This document shows positions 35,835-45,039 of a DNA stretch of 64,000 nt, piece by piece. Below the pieces are notes generated by a model that did no database searches, had not been told where the DNA came from, and saw only the letters and a program-made list of their open reading frames with translations. The position numbers were made by a program, and so were the translations under genes. This DNA comes from Micromonosporaceae bacterium (lineage in GTDB: Bacteria > Actinomycetota > Actinomycetes > Mycobacteriales > Micromonosporaceae): assembly GCA_020027875.1 (NCBI GenBank), contig JAHRHA010000013.1:1885-65884 (forward strand). The letters are read 5' to 3'. Positions within the stretch are counted from its first letter, which is position 1; the number at the start of each line of letters is the position of its first letter.

Positions 35835-36616
35835 GCGACTCCTGTCGATTCATGCACGATCTGCCCGCCGCGCTCGATCTGGCCGTCCCACACGATCTGG
35901 CCGTCCCGCACGATCCGCCCGTCGCGCATCTCGACTCGGCGTGGCAGTTGAGCAGCGATCTGCAGATCGTGAGTGATCATGACGACGGTCGTGCCCGCCT
36001 CATGCAGCCCCATGAGCAGCTCGAGCACCGAGGCGCTCGAGGCGCTATCGAGGTTTCCCGTGGGCTCGTCGGCGAGTAGCAGCAGCGGCTCGCCGACGAC
36101 TGCCCGAGCGATCGCCACGCGTTGGCGCTCCCCGCCGGATAGCTCGTGCGGCATATGGTCAAGGCGGTGGGCCAGCCCGACCCGATGCAACGCCGCCAGC
36201 GCACGGTCGCGCCGCTCGCGCATGCCAACGCCCGCATAGAGCAGGCCATCGGCCACGTTCTCCAGCGCTGGTACGCCGGAAGCCAGGTGAAACTGCTGAA
36301 AGACGAAGCCGATCGTGGTGGCACGCAGTGCCGACAGCACCCGGTCGGACAGCTCGGTCACCTCGTGCCCATCGATGCACACGGCCCCGGCCGTGGGGCG
36401 GTCCAATGTGCCCACCAGGTGCAACATCGTGGATTTGCCGGAGCCGGACGGGCCAACGATGCCGACCAGCTCGCCCCGACCGACAACGAGGTCGACACCG
36501 TCGAGCGCGGCCACGCCGCCGGGATAGAGCTTCGACACACCCGTCAACTCCACCGTCGGCGTCACCGTCATCATCGCCGTTGTCGTCGTCGTCGTCGGCG
36601 TCACCGTCGGCGTCAC
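35831..36616 (-). CDS. ABC transporter ATP-binding protein (MacB/LolD type)
   Basis: Walker A 'GPSGSGKST', signature 'LSGGERQR', Walker B 'LLLADEPT'. GTG at 36616 overlaps the upstream stop (GTGA); an alternative ATG lies at 36574. Confidence 0.9.
   Translation of the reverse strand: MTPTVTPTTTTTTAMMTVTPTVELTGVSKLYPGGVAALDGVDLVVGRGELVGIVGPSGSGKSTMLHLVGTLDRPTAGAVCIDGHEVTELSDRVLSALRATTIGFVFQQFHLASGVPALENVADGLLYAGVGMRERRDRALAALHRVGLAHRLDHMPHELSGGERQRVAIARAVVGEPLLLLADEPTGNLDSASSASVLELLMGLHEAGTTVVMITHDLQIAAQLPRRVEMRDGRIVRDGQIVWDGQIERGGQIVHESTGVA
35855..35926. repeat. 4 x 18-nt imperfect in-frame tandem repeat at the 3' end of the ABC ATPase gene
   Basis: Units cacgatctgcccgccgcg / ctcgatctggccgtccca / cacgatctggccgtcccg / cacgatccgcccgtcgcg, encoding [24 protein letters not shown]. 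Confidence 0.85.
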
Positions 36617-37674
36617 AGCGGCAGCCGGACGGTCATGCCGGCGGCGATGTCGGCACCCGAGACCTCGACGCGGCCGCCGGCGAACATGCCCACCTGCACC
36701 GCCACGATCCTGGTGCTGTCGCCATCGACGATCTCCAGGCCGTAGCCGCCCTCCGCGAGTGCCAGCAGGGCAGCCACAGGAACGGTCAGCACGTCCCGCT
36801 TCTCTCGCGCGGCATACCGTACCGTCAGCGTGCCGCGGTCGAGGCCAGCCAGGGCCTTCTGGTCGGCCACGCTGATGATGACCCGGACCTTCGCACCCTC
36901 CGCGTCGCCGCCGCTCTGGTCGTCGGAGGTCGGCCCGCCCTCCACCGACGAGACCCTTCCTGGGATGGTGGCGCCGTCTGGAAGGGTGACGGTTAGGGCG
37001 ACGCCGCTCGCCGCCCACCCCGCGTCTGCGGCCGCGACCGATGCGGTCAGCACCTTGGTGGTACCGCTGACGGAGAGCACGTCCGCGGGGGAGCCCGCGC
37101 CAATGCGTACCAGGTGTTGGGCTACCCGCAGCGGACCCGCGGCATACACGATCCGGTCGAGCTCGATGACCCCGGTCTCGGGCATGCCGAGATCGTGCTG
37201 CCATTGTTTGACCCCCGTCGCTGTGGACGGGGAGTATTGCTGGTCCACCGTGAAGGTGGAGTAGCCCAGGGCGCGCAGGTTCTGCTCGAACTGGGAAACA
37301 TCGTCGCCCTTACTGCCGATGGTCAGCTGCCGGTACATCGGCAGCTGACCATAGAGCAGCACCACCGGCAGGTCGTCGACGCGAAGGACGGCCTGTCCAC
37401 GCGTGATCGTGGCTCCGGCTTCGGGGAGCCACGTCACGGTGCCGGTCGCCTTGCTCGCCAAGGGCAGGCCCTCCCCGTAGCCGAGCTCACCGTCCACTGT
37501 GATGTAATCGATCAGCGTCTCCCGCTTCACCTGCTCGGTCACCGCCGACTCGAGCGGCGGCTGGGCCTGCGGATCGGTACCCCAGTCGAATCCGAACGAG
37601 GCGGCGGCGGAGACCGCCAGGATCAGCCCGGCGGCGGCCACCGCGACGCCCGCTCGCAGCCTGCGCCGGCGCAT
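36613..37674 (-). CDS. HlyD/MacA-like periplasmic adaptor with peptidoglycan-binding domain
   Basis: Signal anchor '[18 protein letters not shown]'. '[16 protein letters not shown]...[14 protein letters not shown]' is PG_binding_1-like. Beta-barrel-like C-terminus. Start trimmed to MRRRRL. Confidence 0.8.
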   Translation of the reverse strand: MRRRRLRAGVAVAAAGLILAVSAAASFGFDWGTDPQAQPPLESAVTEQVKRETLIDYITVDGELGYGEGLPLASKATGTVTWLPEAGATITRGQAVLRVDDLPVVLLYGQLPMYRQLTIGSKGDDVSQFEQNLRALGYSTFTVDQQYSPSTATGVKQWQHDLGMPETGVIELDRIVYAAGPLRVAQHLVRIGAGSPADVLSVSGTTKVLTASVAAADAGWAASGVALTVTLPDGATIPGRVSSVEGGPTSDDQSGGDAEGAKVRVIISVADQKALAGLDRGTLTVRYAAREKRDVLTVPVAALLALAEGGYGLEIVDGDSTRIVAVQVGMFAGGRVEVSGADIAAGMTVRLPL

Positions 37675-38246
37675 CAGCCCTGCCCCGGGCCTGTGCTCGA
37701 AGGATCGCCGATGATCGGTGCGCAGGTACGCGTAGCGCGGCGGGCGCCGTCGGTGGTCGGATCCCATGTTGCCTCGCCGGCGCCGCGGTCGGGGAAGTAA
37801 CCGTCCGGCCCGGGGTCGGGGAAGTCGGGGGCGCCGTTCTCGCGCATGCAGGCGGCGTACCTGCGGGTTACCTCGATCTGTTCTGCGGTCTTTACGGGTT
37901 TGTCCTGTAGACCGGCCGGGACCGGCGGCAGCAGACTGCTGCACTTCTGCTGCGCCGCGACGAACTTCGGGTCCGCCTTGAGCAGCTTCAGATCTCCCTC
38001 AAACTCGATCTTGCCCTTGGGGTCCGGGTCGGTAACCTTCAACCCGTCGGCACGCAGGCAGGTGACGTAGGCACGCACACCCTCGAAGTACGCCGCTACC
38101 ACATCGGCCGGGGCGGCTGTGACTGACGCCGTCGGTGTTCCACCCGCGCTGGCGACCTGCGGCTCCTCACGGGCGTTCGCACATCCGACGAGGGCGAGGC
38201 CCGTCACGGCCGACACAAGGAGCAAAGTCATTCGGCTCGATTTCAT
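37674..38246 (-). CDS. lipoprotein, hypothetical (first gene of the ABC exporter operon)
   Basis: Lipobox 'LALVGC'. Four further Cys. Stop overlaps the adaptor start (TGATG). Confidence 0.7.
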   Translation of the reverse strand: MKSSRMTLLLVSAVTGLALVGCANAREEPQVASAGGTPTASVTAAPADVVAAYFEGVRAYVTCLRADGLKVTDPDPKGKIEFEGDLKLLKADPKFVAAQQKCSSLLPPVPAGLQDKPVKTAEQIEVTRRYAACMRENGAPDFPDPGPDGYFPDRGAGEATWDPTTDGARRATRTCAPIIGDPSSTGPGQG

Positions 38247-38272
38247 GGCGCGACGGTAGGTCACGGGCCGTG

Positions 38273-38291
38273 AAGAACCTATCAAGAACCT
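38273..38291. promoter_or_regulatory. perfect 8-bp direct repeat AAGAACCT-N3-AAGAACCT in the divergent promoter region
   Basis: Copies at 38273..38280 and 38284..38291 (11-bp period), between the exporter operon start (38246) and the response regulator gene (38377). Confidence 0.4.
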
Positions 38292-38376
38292 GTCCGCACG
38301 CCGTGCGGCCGTCGGCGGGTGGTCCGCTGTGGCCCTACTGTGGTGTCGACGGGCAGGTCACGCACGAGGGAGTCGG

Positions 38377-39069
38377 TTGTTGGGAGCTAGGGTCTTGGTC
38401 GCAGAGGACGACCAGAAGCAGGCACATCTGGTGCGGGTGTACCTGGAGCGGGATGGCCACAGCGTGCATGTTGTGAGCGACGGGCGGTCGGCCTTGGAGC
38501 GATGCCGCGCATACCGGCCGGATCTCGTCGTACTGGATGTGATGATGCCGGTCGTGGACGGCCTGGACGTCTGCCGAATCCTGCGCAGTGAGTCCGACGT
38601 GCCGATCCTTCTGCTCACAGCGCGTGCCACCGAGAATGACCTGCTGCTCGGGCTGGACATCGGCGCGGACGACTACATCACCAAGCCCTATAGCCCGCGC
38701 GAGCTCGCCGCCCGGGTCCGCGCGCTGTTGCGCCGCTCCGGTCGTCTGCCGGCCGGCGACACGGACGTGCTGACCGTGGGCGACCTTCGGGTCGACACCG
38801 GGAAGTTCGAGGTGCGCGTGGGCGAGCGTGTGGTCAACCTGACCGCCAAGGAGTTCGGCATCCTGCAGGTGCTGGCCGCCGAGCCGGGGCGAGTATTCAC
38901 TCGCGCACAGATCATCGACCGGGCCTTCGGCTTCGACCACTTCGTGGAGGAGCGGACCGTGGACGCGCATGTGATGAACCTGCGCCGCAAGGTCGAGGCA
39001 GATCCGAGCGAGCCGCGGTACGTGCAGACCGTCTACGGGCGCGGCTACCGGATGGGCGAGCCCACGTGA
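38377..39069 (+). CDS. OmpR/PhoB-family response regulator
   Basis: 'VLVAEDDQK...DLVVLDVMMPVVDG...DDYITKPYSPREL' receiver plus a winged-helix C-terminus. Start is probably TTG 38377/38380 after GAGGGAG; the track ORF opens at 38329. Confidence 0.9.
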   Translation: MLGARVLVAEDDQKQAHLVRVYLERDGHSVHVVSDGRSALERCRAYRPDLVVLDVMMPVVDGLDVCRILRSESDVPILLLTARATENDLLLGLDIGADDYITKPYSPRELAARVRALLRRSGRLPAGDTDVLTVGDLRVDTGKFEVRVGERVVNLTAKEFGILQVLAAEPGRVFTRAQIIDRAFGFDHFVEERTVDAHVMNLRRKVEADPSEPRYVQTVYGRGYRMGEPT

Positions 39070-40709
39070 GCTTTCGCCTGCGCGTACTGCTGCTGATCTT
39101 CTTTCTGGTGGCGACGTCCACCGCCGCGACGGCATGGCTCACCCTGCGCCAGGCGTCCCAGCAGCTCACGGCTAGCGCCGCCGCGAGCGAGCGCGACGTC
39201 GCGCTCGCCGTCGACGAGCTGGGCGACTACGGCCAGGTCCACGGCACGTGGTTCGGGATCGACGCACTCGTACGAAGCCTCGCCGACCGCCTGCACCAGC
39301 GCATCCGGGTGGTAACCGAGGCCGGGACGGTGCTCGCCGACTCGGACCTGCTCGCCGGGCGCGACGCGCGGCCGGTCGCTGGAGCACCGACCGTCATCGA
39401 CCCTCGGCCCACCCTGCCGTCGCTGGATGCCGATACCCCGGACGCCCGCTATCGTCTGGCTGTCGCCGTCGTCGACAGCTACCACACCGGCTGGCACTTC
39501 GCGGCGTGCCTGACCCAAGCCGGCTTCGGCGTTCGCAAGGTCTCATACAAGCTGGGGCTGCCCAACTTCGAATCGGTCGATGCCCCGGCCCCGGCCGTCG
39601 ACAGTTGCCACCTTCAGGCCGCCAACGCGCCACGGGACATCGGTGCGGTCGCCCGGCAGGGCCGCGATTGCGCGTATAAGAGCGACGATATCCCCTGCCT
39701 CCAGAAGCTGTTCGCCCAGCAGATGAGCCAGTTCGCGCCCGAGCCGCTGCGCCTGTTCATCGGCGCGCGGGATGAGGTCCCCCGCGGCCTGTCGAGCGGC
39801 TCGATCGCGTTGACCGCCTCGGTTGTTGTCCTTGTCGCGGCCCTTAGCGCACTCCTGCTCAGCCGTCGCGTGCTTCGCCCCATCAGCGCGCTGACCGATG
39901 CCTCGCGCCGCGTCGGCTCGGGCGACCTCGCGGGACGGGTGCCGGTGACTGGGCGCGACGAACTCGCCGATCTCGGCCGGGCATTCAACCGGATGGCCGA
40001 GTCGCTCGCACAGAGCGAGGAACGCCAGCGCCGCCTCATTGCCGACGTCGCGCATGAGCTGCGTACGCCGCTGGCTAACCTGCGCGGCTACCTCGAGGCG
40101 CTCGCTGACGGGGTCATGTCGCCGAGCCAGGAATTGTTCGCCTCGCTGCATGAGGAGGCGCTGCTGCATCAGCGGATCGTCGACGACCTCCAGGATCTTG
40201 CCCTGGCGGAGGCGGACTCCCTCACGTACCACAAGACGACGGTCGACCTGAGCGAGCTCGTAGAGACCTGCCGCACCGCCCACGCCGCAGTGGCCGAGGC
40301 CGCGGGCATCGCGTTGCACGTGGAGACCCTGCCAGCGGTTACGGTGCATGCCGATCCGGACCGGCTGCGGCAGGTACTCAGCAATCTGATCCGCAACGCG
40401 GTCGCCGCGACTCCGCTGGGCGGGAGCATCACGCTTGCCGTCGTCCGGCAGGCCTCGCCCAATGGCGACCGCGCACTGATCCAGGTGCGCGACACCGGCC
40501 GGGGGATCGCGGACGAGGACCTACCCCACGTCTTCGACCGATTCTGGCGGGCCGACACGGCGCGCCAACGAGGCACCGGCGGTAGTGGGCTCGGGTTGGC
40601 GATCGCCCGGCAAATCGTCACCGACCACGGCGGCACCATCGACGTCGCCGGCGCGCCGGGGGGTGGGGCGGTGTTCACCGTGGCCCTTCCGGCGACCGAG
40701 TCACGCTGA
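39066..40709 (+). CDS. sensor histidine kinase (two TM, HAMP, HisKA, HATPase_c)
   Basis: H-box 'VAHELRTPLANLRGY', N-box 'LIRNAV', G-boxes 'DTGRGI' and 'GGSGLGLAI'. GTGA overlap with the regulator stop. Confidence 0.9.
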   Translation: MSFRLRVLLLIFFLVATSTAATAWLTLRQASQQLTASAAASERDVALAVDELGDYGQVHGTWFGIDALVRSLADRLHQRIRVVTEAGTVLADSDLLAGRDARPVAGAPTVIDPRPTLPSLDADTPDARYRLAVAVVDSYHTGWHFAACLTQAGFGVRKVSYKLGLPNFESVDAPAPAVDSCHLQAANAPRDIGAVARQGRDCAYKSDDIPCLQKLFAQQMSQFAPEPLRLFIGARDEVPRGLSSGSIALTASVVVLVAALSALLLSRRVLRPISALTDASRRVGSGDLAGRVPVTGRDELADLGRAFNRMAESLAQSEERQRRLIADVAHELRTPLANLRGYLEALADGVMSPSQELFASLHEEALLHQRIVDDLQDLALAEADSLTYHKTTVDLSELVETCRTAHAAVAEAAGIALHVETLPAVTVHADPDRLRQVLSNLIRNAVAATPLGGSITLAVVRQASPNGDRALIQVRDTGRGIADEDLPHVFDRFWRADTARQRGTGGSGLGLAIARQIVTDHGGTIDVAGAPGGGAVFTVALPATESR

Positions 40710-40766
40710 CGGCTGCGTCAAGGTGAACGCTGAGCCACCGTAACGCTGCGTCCTATTCTGGGGGCG

Positions 40767-40799
40767 GCGCCCCCCGGCGATGAGTGCGCCGGGGGACGC
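40767..40799. terminator. GC-rich hairpin between convergent genes (possible bidirectional terminator)
   Basis: GCGCCCCCCGGCG / CGCCGGGGGACGC arms (12 of 13 paired) with a 7-nt loop, between the HK stop (40709) and the secreted protein stop (40840). Confidence 0.45.
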
Positions 40800-40839
40800 C
40801 GCTTCGGCCGGTCAGCATGGCCGGACGCCTTCGTCACGG

Positions 40840-41193
40840 TCAGCAGTGCACGTTGGCTCCGTAGCCGACCAAGAGGTCGTCTCGGACCCAGCCTTGCTTG
40901 CCCGTGGTGAAGTCATACAGGTGCGACCAGGTGTAGCCACCGCCGCCCAGCTTCCAGCAGTCGAGCTGGACGGTGTGGCTCTGCTGACCCTGGCCCACCG
41001 CGGTGCAGGCGGTTGACGGGCCGGTGCGGATGTTGACGTAGTTTGTGTTGAAGTACTGGCCGATGCGGGCGTCCAGGATGCTCCAGCCATTGTCTGGGCA
41101 GGAGGCGGCCAGCGCCGGGCTGGCAGGCAGCACGGCGCTGACGGTGGCGGCTAAGCCGATCGTGAGCGCCACGATGGCTGATTTGAGTCGCAT
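40840..41193 (-). CDS. small secreted Cys-containing protein (possible SH3b-like fold)
   Basis: Signal peptide 'ALTIGLAATVSAVLPASPALA'. 'YVNIRTGPSTACTAVGQ' resembles bacterial SH3 domains. GAGGAGAAG RBS. Confidence 0.65.
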   Translation of the reverse strand: MRLKSAIVALTIGLAATVSAVLPASPALAASCPDNGWSILDARIGQYFNTNYVNIRTGPSTACTAVGQGQQSHTVQLDCWKLGGGGYTWSHLYDFTTGKQGWVRDDLLVGYGANVHC

Positions 41194-41599
41194 TGCTTCT
41201 CCTCTGACGGTCTGTTTCGACGTCTGCGTGTTCCGACGTGTGCGAACGTTCGGTCAACCTGCGTGAAACCTCGTGGCGACTCACCTCCGATTCCGGGCAG
41301 GAGTACGCCGCACCAATGCGGCACAGAACCGGTCCGCACCGAATGAATGCGGACCGACGAGTTTGAGAGGAGTTATTGCGCGCAGGGCGCAGAATCAGAA
41401 CGAAGATGCGACGTTTGTGCTTAGTAGAATCGCAGCATTCGAGACCTTCCCCGTGTACGTGGCTCAGGACCCGCCCTGTAGCCCTTGTCGGCGAATCTAT
41501 CGAAGTCGATAGTGATCTGTCAACATGTATCGATTTAGGAGGTGCGCGACACTTAGCTCGTGAACGACGTCGCGGGCCACTGTGGACGGATAGATGAAC

Positions 41600-41765
41600 G
41601 GCTAGTTTCCCGGGGTGACGTGCAGGCGAAAGCGGGGTTGTTCGGCCAGCCACGCTTGACGTTGGCGTGGCCATGGGTGTCATAGTTGTCGAGACTCATG
41701 TGGATCGGCAGCGATCGCGGTACCTGGATGTCGACGACGCGCAGGAAGCGCCCGAGCCGCCGAGA
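41600..41765 (-). mobile_element. IS630/Tc1-mariner family transposase remnant (frameshifted fragment)
   Basis: 'FLRVVDIQVPRSLPIHMSLDNYDTHGHANVKR' then, after a 1-nt frame shift, 'WLAEQPRFRLHVTP'. This matches the DDE_3 'DNYxTH...WL...PR...HFTP' core. No intact ORF or terminal repeats identified. Confidence 0.45.
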
Positions 41766-41953
41766 ACAACCTTGTCTGGGTCAATTCGATGGGGACCTTC
41801 TGTGGCGGCGTCCTTGCGAAAGAACCCCGCACGGCTGCTCGGGCGACCGCCAAAACGATCCGACACGTGAACGAAGCCGCGTCAGCGGTCCCCAACGAAC
41901 CGATATCTTTCGAAGAGCCTTTGGCCAACGTGGAAGCCGACGGGCCCTTCGTG

Positions 41954-42196
41954 CTATGGGCGTCCGACCACGATTCCTGGTGCCACACTTACGCGCCTGG
42001 CGAAGTCTTCGATGGCGGCGAGCGACTTGGTGCTGCTCAACTCGGTCGCGTACCGCGGTGGGACAAGCGTTTCGGCTGCGAAGCGGTCTGCCTCCTGCTC
42101 TTTCGGATCCTCCGAGGATAGGTCATCCTCGATGAATTGGCCACGTTTGCCGTGTAGGAGGATGTGGCCGAGTTCGTGGAAAACACGCTTGAGCAT
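41954..42196 (-). pseudogene. ImmA/IrrE-family metallopeptidase fragment
   Basis: 'FHELGHILLH' HExxH and 'EQEADRFAAETLVP' motifs, but only 80 aa. A TAA lies immediately upstream, and the C-terminus ends prematurely within the 'GIVVGR' region. Confidence 0.55.
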
Positions 42197-42290
42197 GGCC
42201 CCTTACCGTCGGGGCTAGCAGGCGCGTGGGAAGCGCGGCCGGTAAGCATCGCAAGATCTGCTCGATCATGAGTTCACCGTCGTCAAAAGG

Positions 42291-42322
42291 CGTCGATCAT
42301 GACCTCCAGGTCATGATCGACG
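42291..42322 (-). terminator. intrinsic terminator candidate for the dienelactone hydrolase gene
   Basis: Perfect 14-bp stem CGTCGATCATGACC/GGTCATGATCGACG with a 4-nt loop. On the minus strand it is followed by CCTTTTG. Confidence 0.5.
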
Positions 42323-42393
42323 CTAACTGGGGACGCTAACTGGGGACGCTAACTGGGGCGCTAACTGGGACGCTCAGGGGGGCGCTCAGGGGG
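42319..42393. repeat. short tandem repeat array: 4 x (A)CGCTAACTGGG(G) then 2 x CGCTCAGGGGG
   Basis: Read directly. The array fills the space between the hydrolase stop codon (42386..42388, inside the last unit) and the terminator hairpin. Confidence 0.85.
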
Positions 42394-43072
42394 AGGGATA
42401 GCCGTCGAGTACGGGTCCGCTGGGATCGAGATAGAGGTCGAACCAGGTCCGGGCGTAGTCTGCGACGCGTTCGAGCGTGCCGGGTTCGCTGAACAGGTGC
42501 GTGGCGCCGGGCACGATCACCAGCTGGCTGGGCTCGCCGAGGACCGCCAACGCTTGCTGGTTGAGCGCGATGACCTGGGGGTCCTCGCCGCCGACGATGA
42601 GCAGCGTCGGTGCCCGCACGTGGCGAAGCGCGTCGCCGGCCAGATCCGGGCGGCCGCCACGCGAGACGATCGCGCGCACTGAGTCCGGGCGACGCGCGGC
42701 AGCGACGAGTGCGGCCGCCGCGCCGGTGCTCGCGCCGAAGACCCCAACGGGTAGGCCGGTGGTGTCGGGCTGCGCTTCGAGCCAGTCGAGGGTGCCGGTG
42801 AGCCGTCCAGCAAGAAGCTCGATGTCGAAGCGGTACTCAGTCGCGATCTGGTCGATCTGGTCCTCGCCGGCGGTGAGCAGATCCTGTAGGACCGTGCCGT
42901 ACCCGCCGGCGTTGAGGAATTCGGCCACCATCCGGTTGCGCGGGCTGTGCCGGGAGCTGCCGCTGCCGTGCGCAAACACCACCACACCCCGACTGGGACG
43001 CGGCAACCGCACCGTGGCGCCGAGTTCGACGTCACCGACCGGGATCCAGATGTCCGTATCGGCGTGGATCAT
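42386..43072 (-). CDS. dienelactone hydrolase family alpha/beta hydrolase
   Basis: 'VVVFAHGSGSSRHSPRN' and nucleophile elbow 'GVFGASTGAAAAL', with 'GATHLF' His region. ATG 43072 follows GAAGGTGAG; the track ORF opens at GTG 43084. Confidence 0.85.
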   Translation of the reverse strand: MIHADTDIWIPVGDVELGATVRLPRPSRGVVVFAHGSGSSRHSPRNRMVAEFLNAGGYGTVLQDLLTAGEDQIDQIATEYRFDIELLAGRLTGTLDWLEAQPDTTGLPVGVFGASTGAAAALVAAARRPDSVRAIVSRGGRPDLAGDALRHVRAPTLLIVGGEDPQVIALNQQALAVLGEPSQLVIVPGATHLFSEPGTLERVADYARTWFDLYLDPSGPVLDGYPSP

Positions 43073-43134
43073 CGTGCATCTCACCTTCGCGGCCCACGCT
43101 ACGCTCCGCCGGCGCGGGGTGCTCTACTTCTACA

Positions 43135-43971
43135 GTGTCTTCGCTGTCATCCGAGCTGGACTACGCCTGGCCTGGCGGTGCCAACGTCGCCGTGTCCCTG
43201 ACGTTCGACGTGGACGCCGAGGCCGGCTGGCTGGGCGTGAGCGAAGCGTACGCCCGCCGGTTGACCACGCTGTCGGAGGGACGGTTCGGGATCGTCCGCG
43301 GCACCCCGCGCATCCTCGCCCTGCTGGCCCGGCACGGTATCCGCGGCACGTTCTTCATCCCCGGTCACACCGCTGGCCTCTATCCCGACACGGCGCGGGC
43401 CATCCTGGACGGCGGCCACGAGGTTGCCCACCACGGACATCTGCACCTGCGCAGCGACAAGATCAGCGAACAGGACCAGCGGGACGAGATTGAGCGTGGT
43501 CTGGCGGCCCTGGTCTCGGCCGGTGCTCCCCGGCCGGTGGGTTACCGCTCCACCTCGTGGGAGCTGACACCGGAGACGTTCGACCTGCTCCTGGAGCACG
43601 GCTTTGACTACGACTCCTCCTGCATGGGCGATGACCGTCCCTACTGGGAGACCTGGGCCGGACGGCGGATTCTCGAGCTGCCCGTGCACTGGTCGCTGGA
43701 CGACTGGCCCCGATTCGGGTGGACCATCGACAAGGGCGGCAACGCCGCGGACCCGGCGGAGATCTACGTCTCGTGGCTGGACGAGTACGACCTCGCGCGC
43801 GCCGAGCGGCGCCACATCACCTACACGACGCACCCAGAGGTCATCGGGCGTGGTCAGAGGTTCGCGCAGTTTGAGCGTCTCGTCGAGACGCTGGCCGGCG
43901 AGGACGACGTCTGGTTCGCGCCGCTCGCCGAGGTCGCTACCCACGTACGACCCGTGTTGGAGCGGTCATGA
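43135..43971 (+). CDS. polysaccharide deacetylase family protein (PuuE-like)
   Basis: 'VAVSLTFDVDAE' and 'GHEVAHHGHLH' NodB-type motifs. No signal peptide. GTG start. Confidence 0.85.
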   Translation: MSSLSSELDYAWPGGANVAVSLTFDVDAEAGWLGVSEAYARRLTTLSEGRFGIVRGTPRILALLARHGIRGTFFIPGHTAGLYPDTARAILDGGHEVAHHGHLHLRSDKISEQDQRDEIERGLAALVSAGAPRPVGYRSTSWELTPETFDLLLEHGFDYDSSCMGDDRPYWETWAGRRILELPVHWSLDDWPRFGWTIDKGGNAADPAEIYVSWLDEYDLARAERRHITYTTHPEVIGRGQRFAQFERLVETLAGEDDVWFAPLAEVATHVRPVLERS

Positions 43972-45035
43972 CGCCCAGTGGCGAGACGAGGCGGTTCACC
44001 TCGGCCGTGGCCGAGCCGGTCCCTCGGGGGCACGAGTTCGGTGCAGTGCATGCGCGTGAGGTGGCCGCGACCGTGGCCGATTATCGGCACCTCTTCGCGG
44101 CCGGCGGCACCGACGTCGATCTGGACGCGTTGGGCGGCCAGGCGTTGGATCGCATCGACGACTGGGCGCCCGAGCTCGGCGCGGAGATCCGCGGAATCGC
44201 CGCCGGGGCAGGGCTCCCGGTCACACACATCGCGGCGATCAACGCCCGTACCGAGATCCTCGCCCTGTTGGGACACCACGGCTTGGGTGAGTGTTCGACC
44301 GTGGTCGCCCTGCGCGGCGCCGACGACGAGCCGGTTGCGATGCAGAACTGGGACTGGTACACGTTTATGGCTGGCAACTGGCTGGAGTGGACAATCCCGC
44401 ACCCGGACGGGCGGCGGGTCACGACCGTCACGGAGTACGGGATCGTCGGCAAGATCGGCATCAACGAACGGGGGGTCGGCACCCTGTTCAACATCCTGCA
44501 TCACCGCGACGACGGCGCCGGCATCGGCGTTCCGGTGCACATCGTTGCGCGCCGCATCCTCGACACCGCAGGCCACATCGACGCGGCCTGGGAAACATGC
44601 TTATCGGCCCGCGTCTCGGCGTCCACCGCGATCACCCTCGTCGGCGGCCGGTCGGCTGGCAAAGCTGCGATCTCGGTGGAGCTGTGGCCGGGCGGGCCGA
44701 GCGCGGCGCGTCCGGCCCAGGACGGCTTGCTGCTGCGTACCAATCATTTCCTGACTGACCCGGCCAGGCTCGGCGACACCGCCCCCGCGGAGGGGTCCGA
44801 CACGCTCGACCGGTACGACGAGCTGCGCCGCCGCCTCGGCGGGCGCGGCGGGGATCTCACCCTTGCCGAGGCCGCCGCCGCGTTGACCGACCACACCACG
44901 GGGGTGTGCTGCCACCCCGATCCGGACGACCCGGCCGAGCTGCAGTACGCGACCTTGGCGACGGTCCGGCTCGACCTGGCCGGCTCGACTCTCGCCGCGC
45001 TGGTCGGACCTCCTTGCCAAACACCGACGACGTGA
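43968..45035 (+). CDS. C45-family peptidase / acyl-CoA:6-APA acyltransferase-like protein
   Basis: 'LGECSTVVAL' putative nucleophile Cys context and 'GKIGINERGVG' core. ATGA overlap with the upstream gene. Confidence 0.8.
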   Translation: MTPSGETRRFTSAVAEPVPRGHEFGAVHAREVAATVADYRHLFAAGGTDVDLDALGGQALDRIDDWAPELGAEIRGIAAGAGLPVTHIAAINARTEILALLGHHGLGECSTVVALRGADDEPVAMQNWDWYTFMAGNWLEWTIPHPDGRRVTTVTEYGIVGKIGINERGVGTLFNILHHRDDGAGIGVPVHIVARRILDTAGHIDAAWETCLSARVSASTAITLVGGRSAGKAAISVELWPGGPSAARPAQDGLLLRTNHFLTDPARLGDTAPAEGSDTLDRYDELRRRLGGRGGDLTLAEAAAALTDHTTGVCCHPDPDDPAELQYATLATVRLDLAGSTLAALVGPPCQTPTT

Positions 45036-45039
45036 CAGT

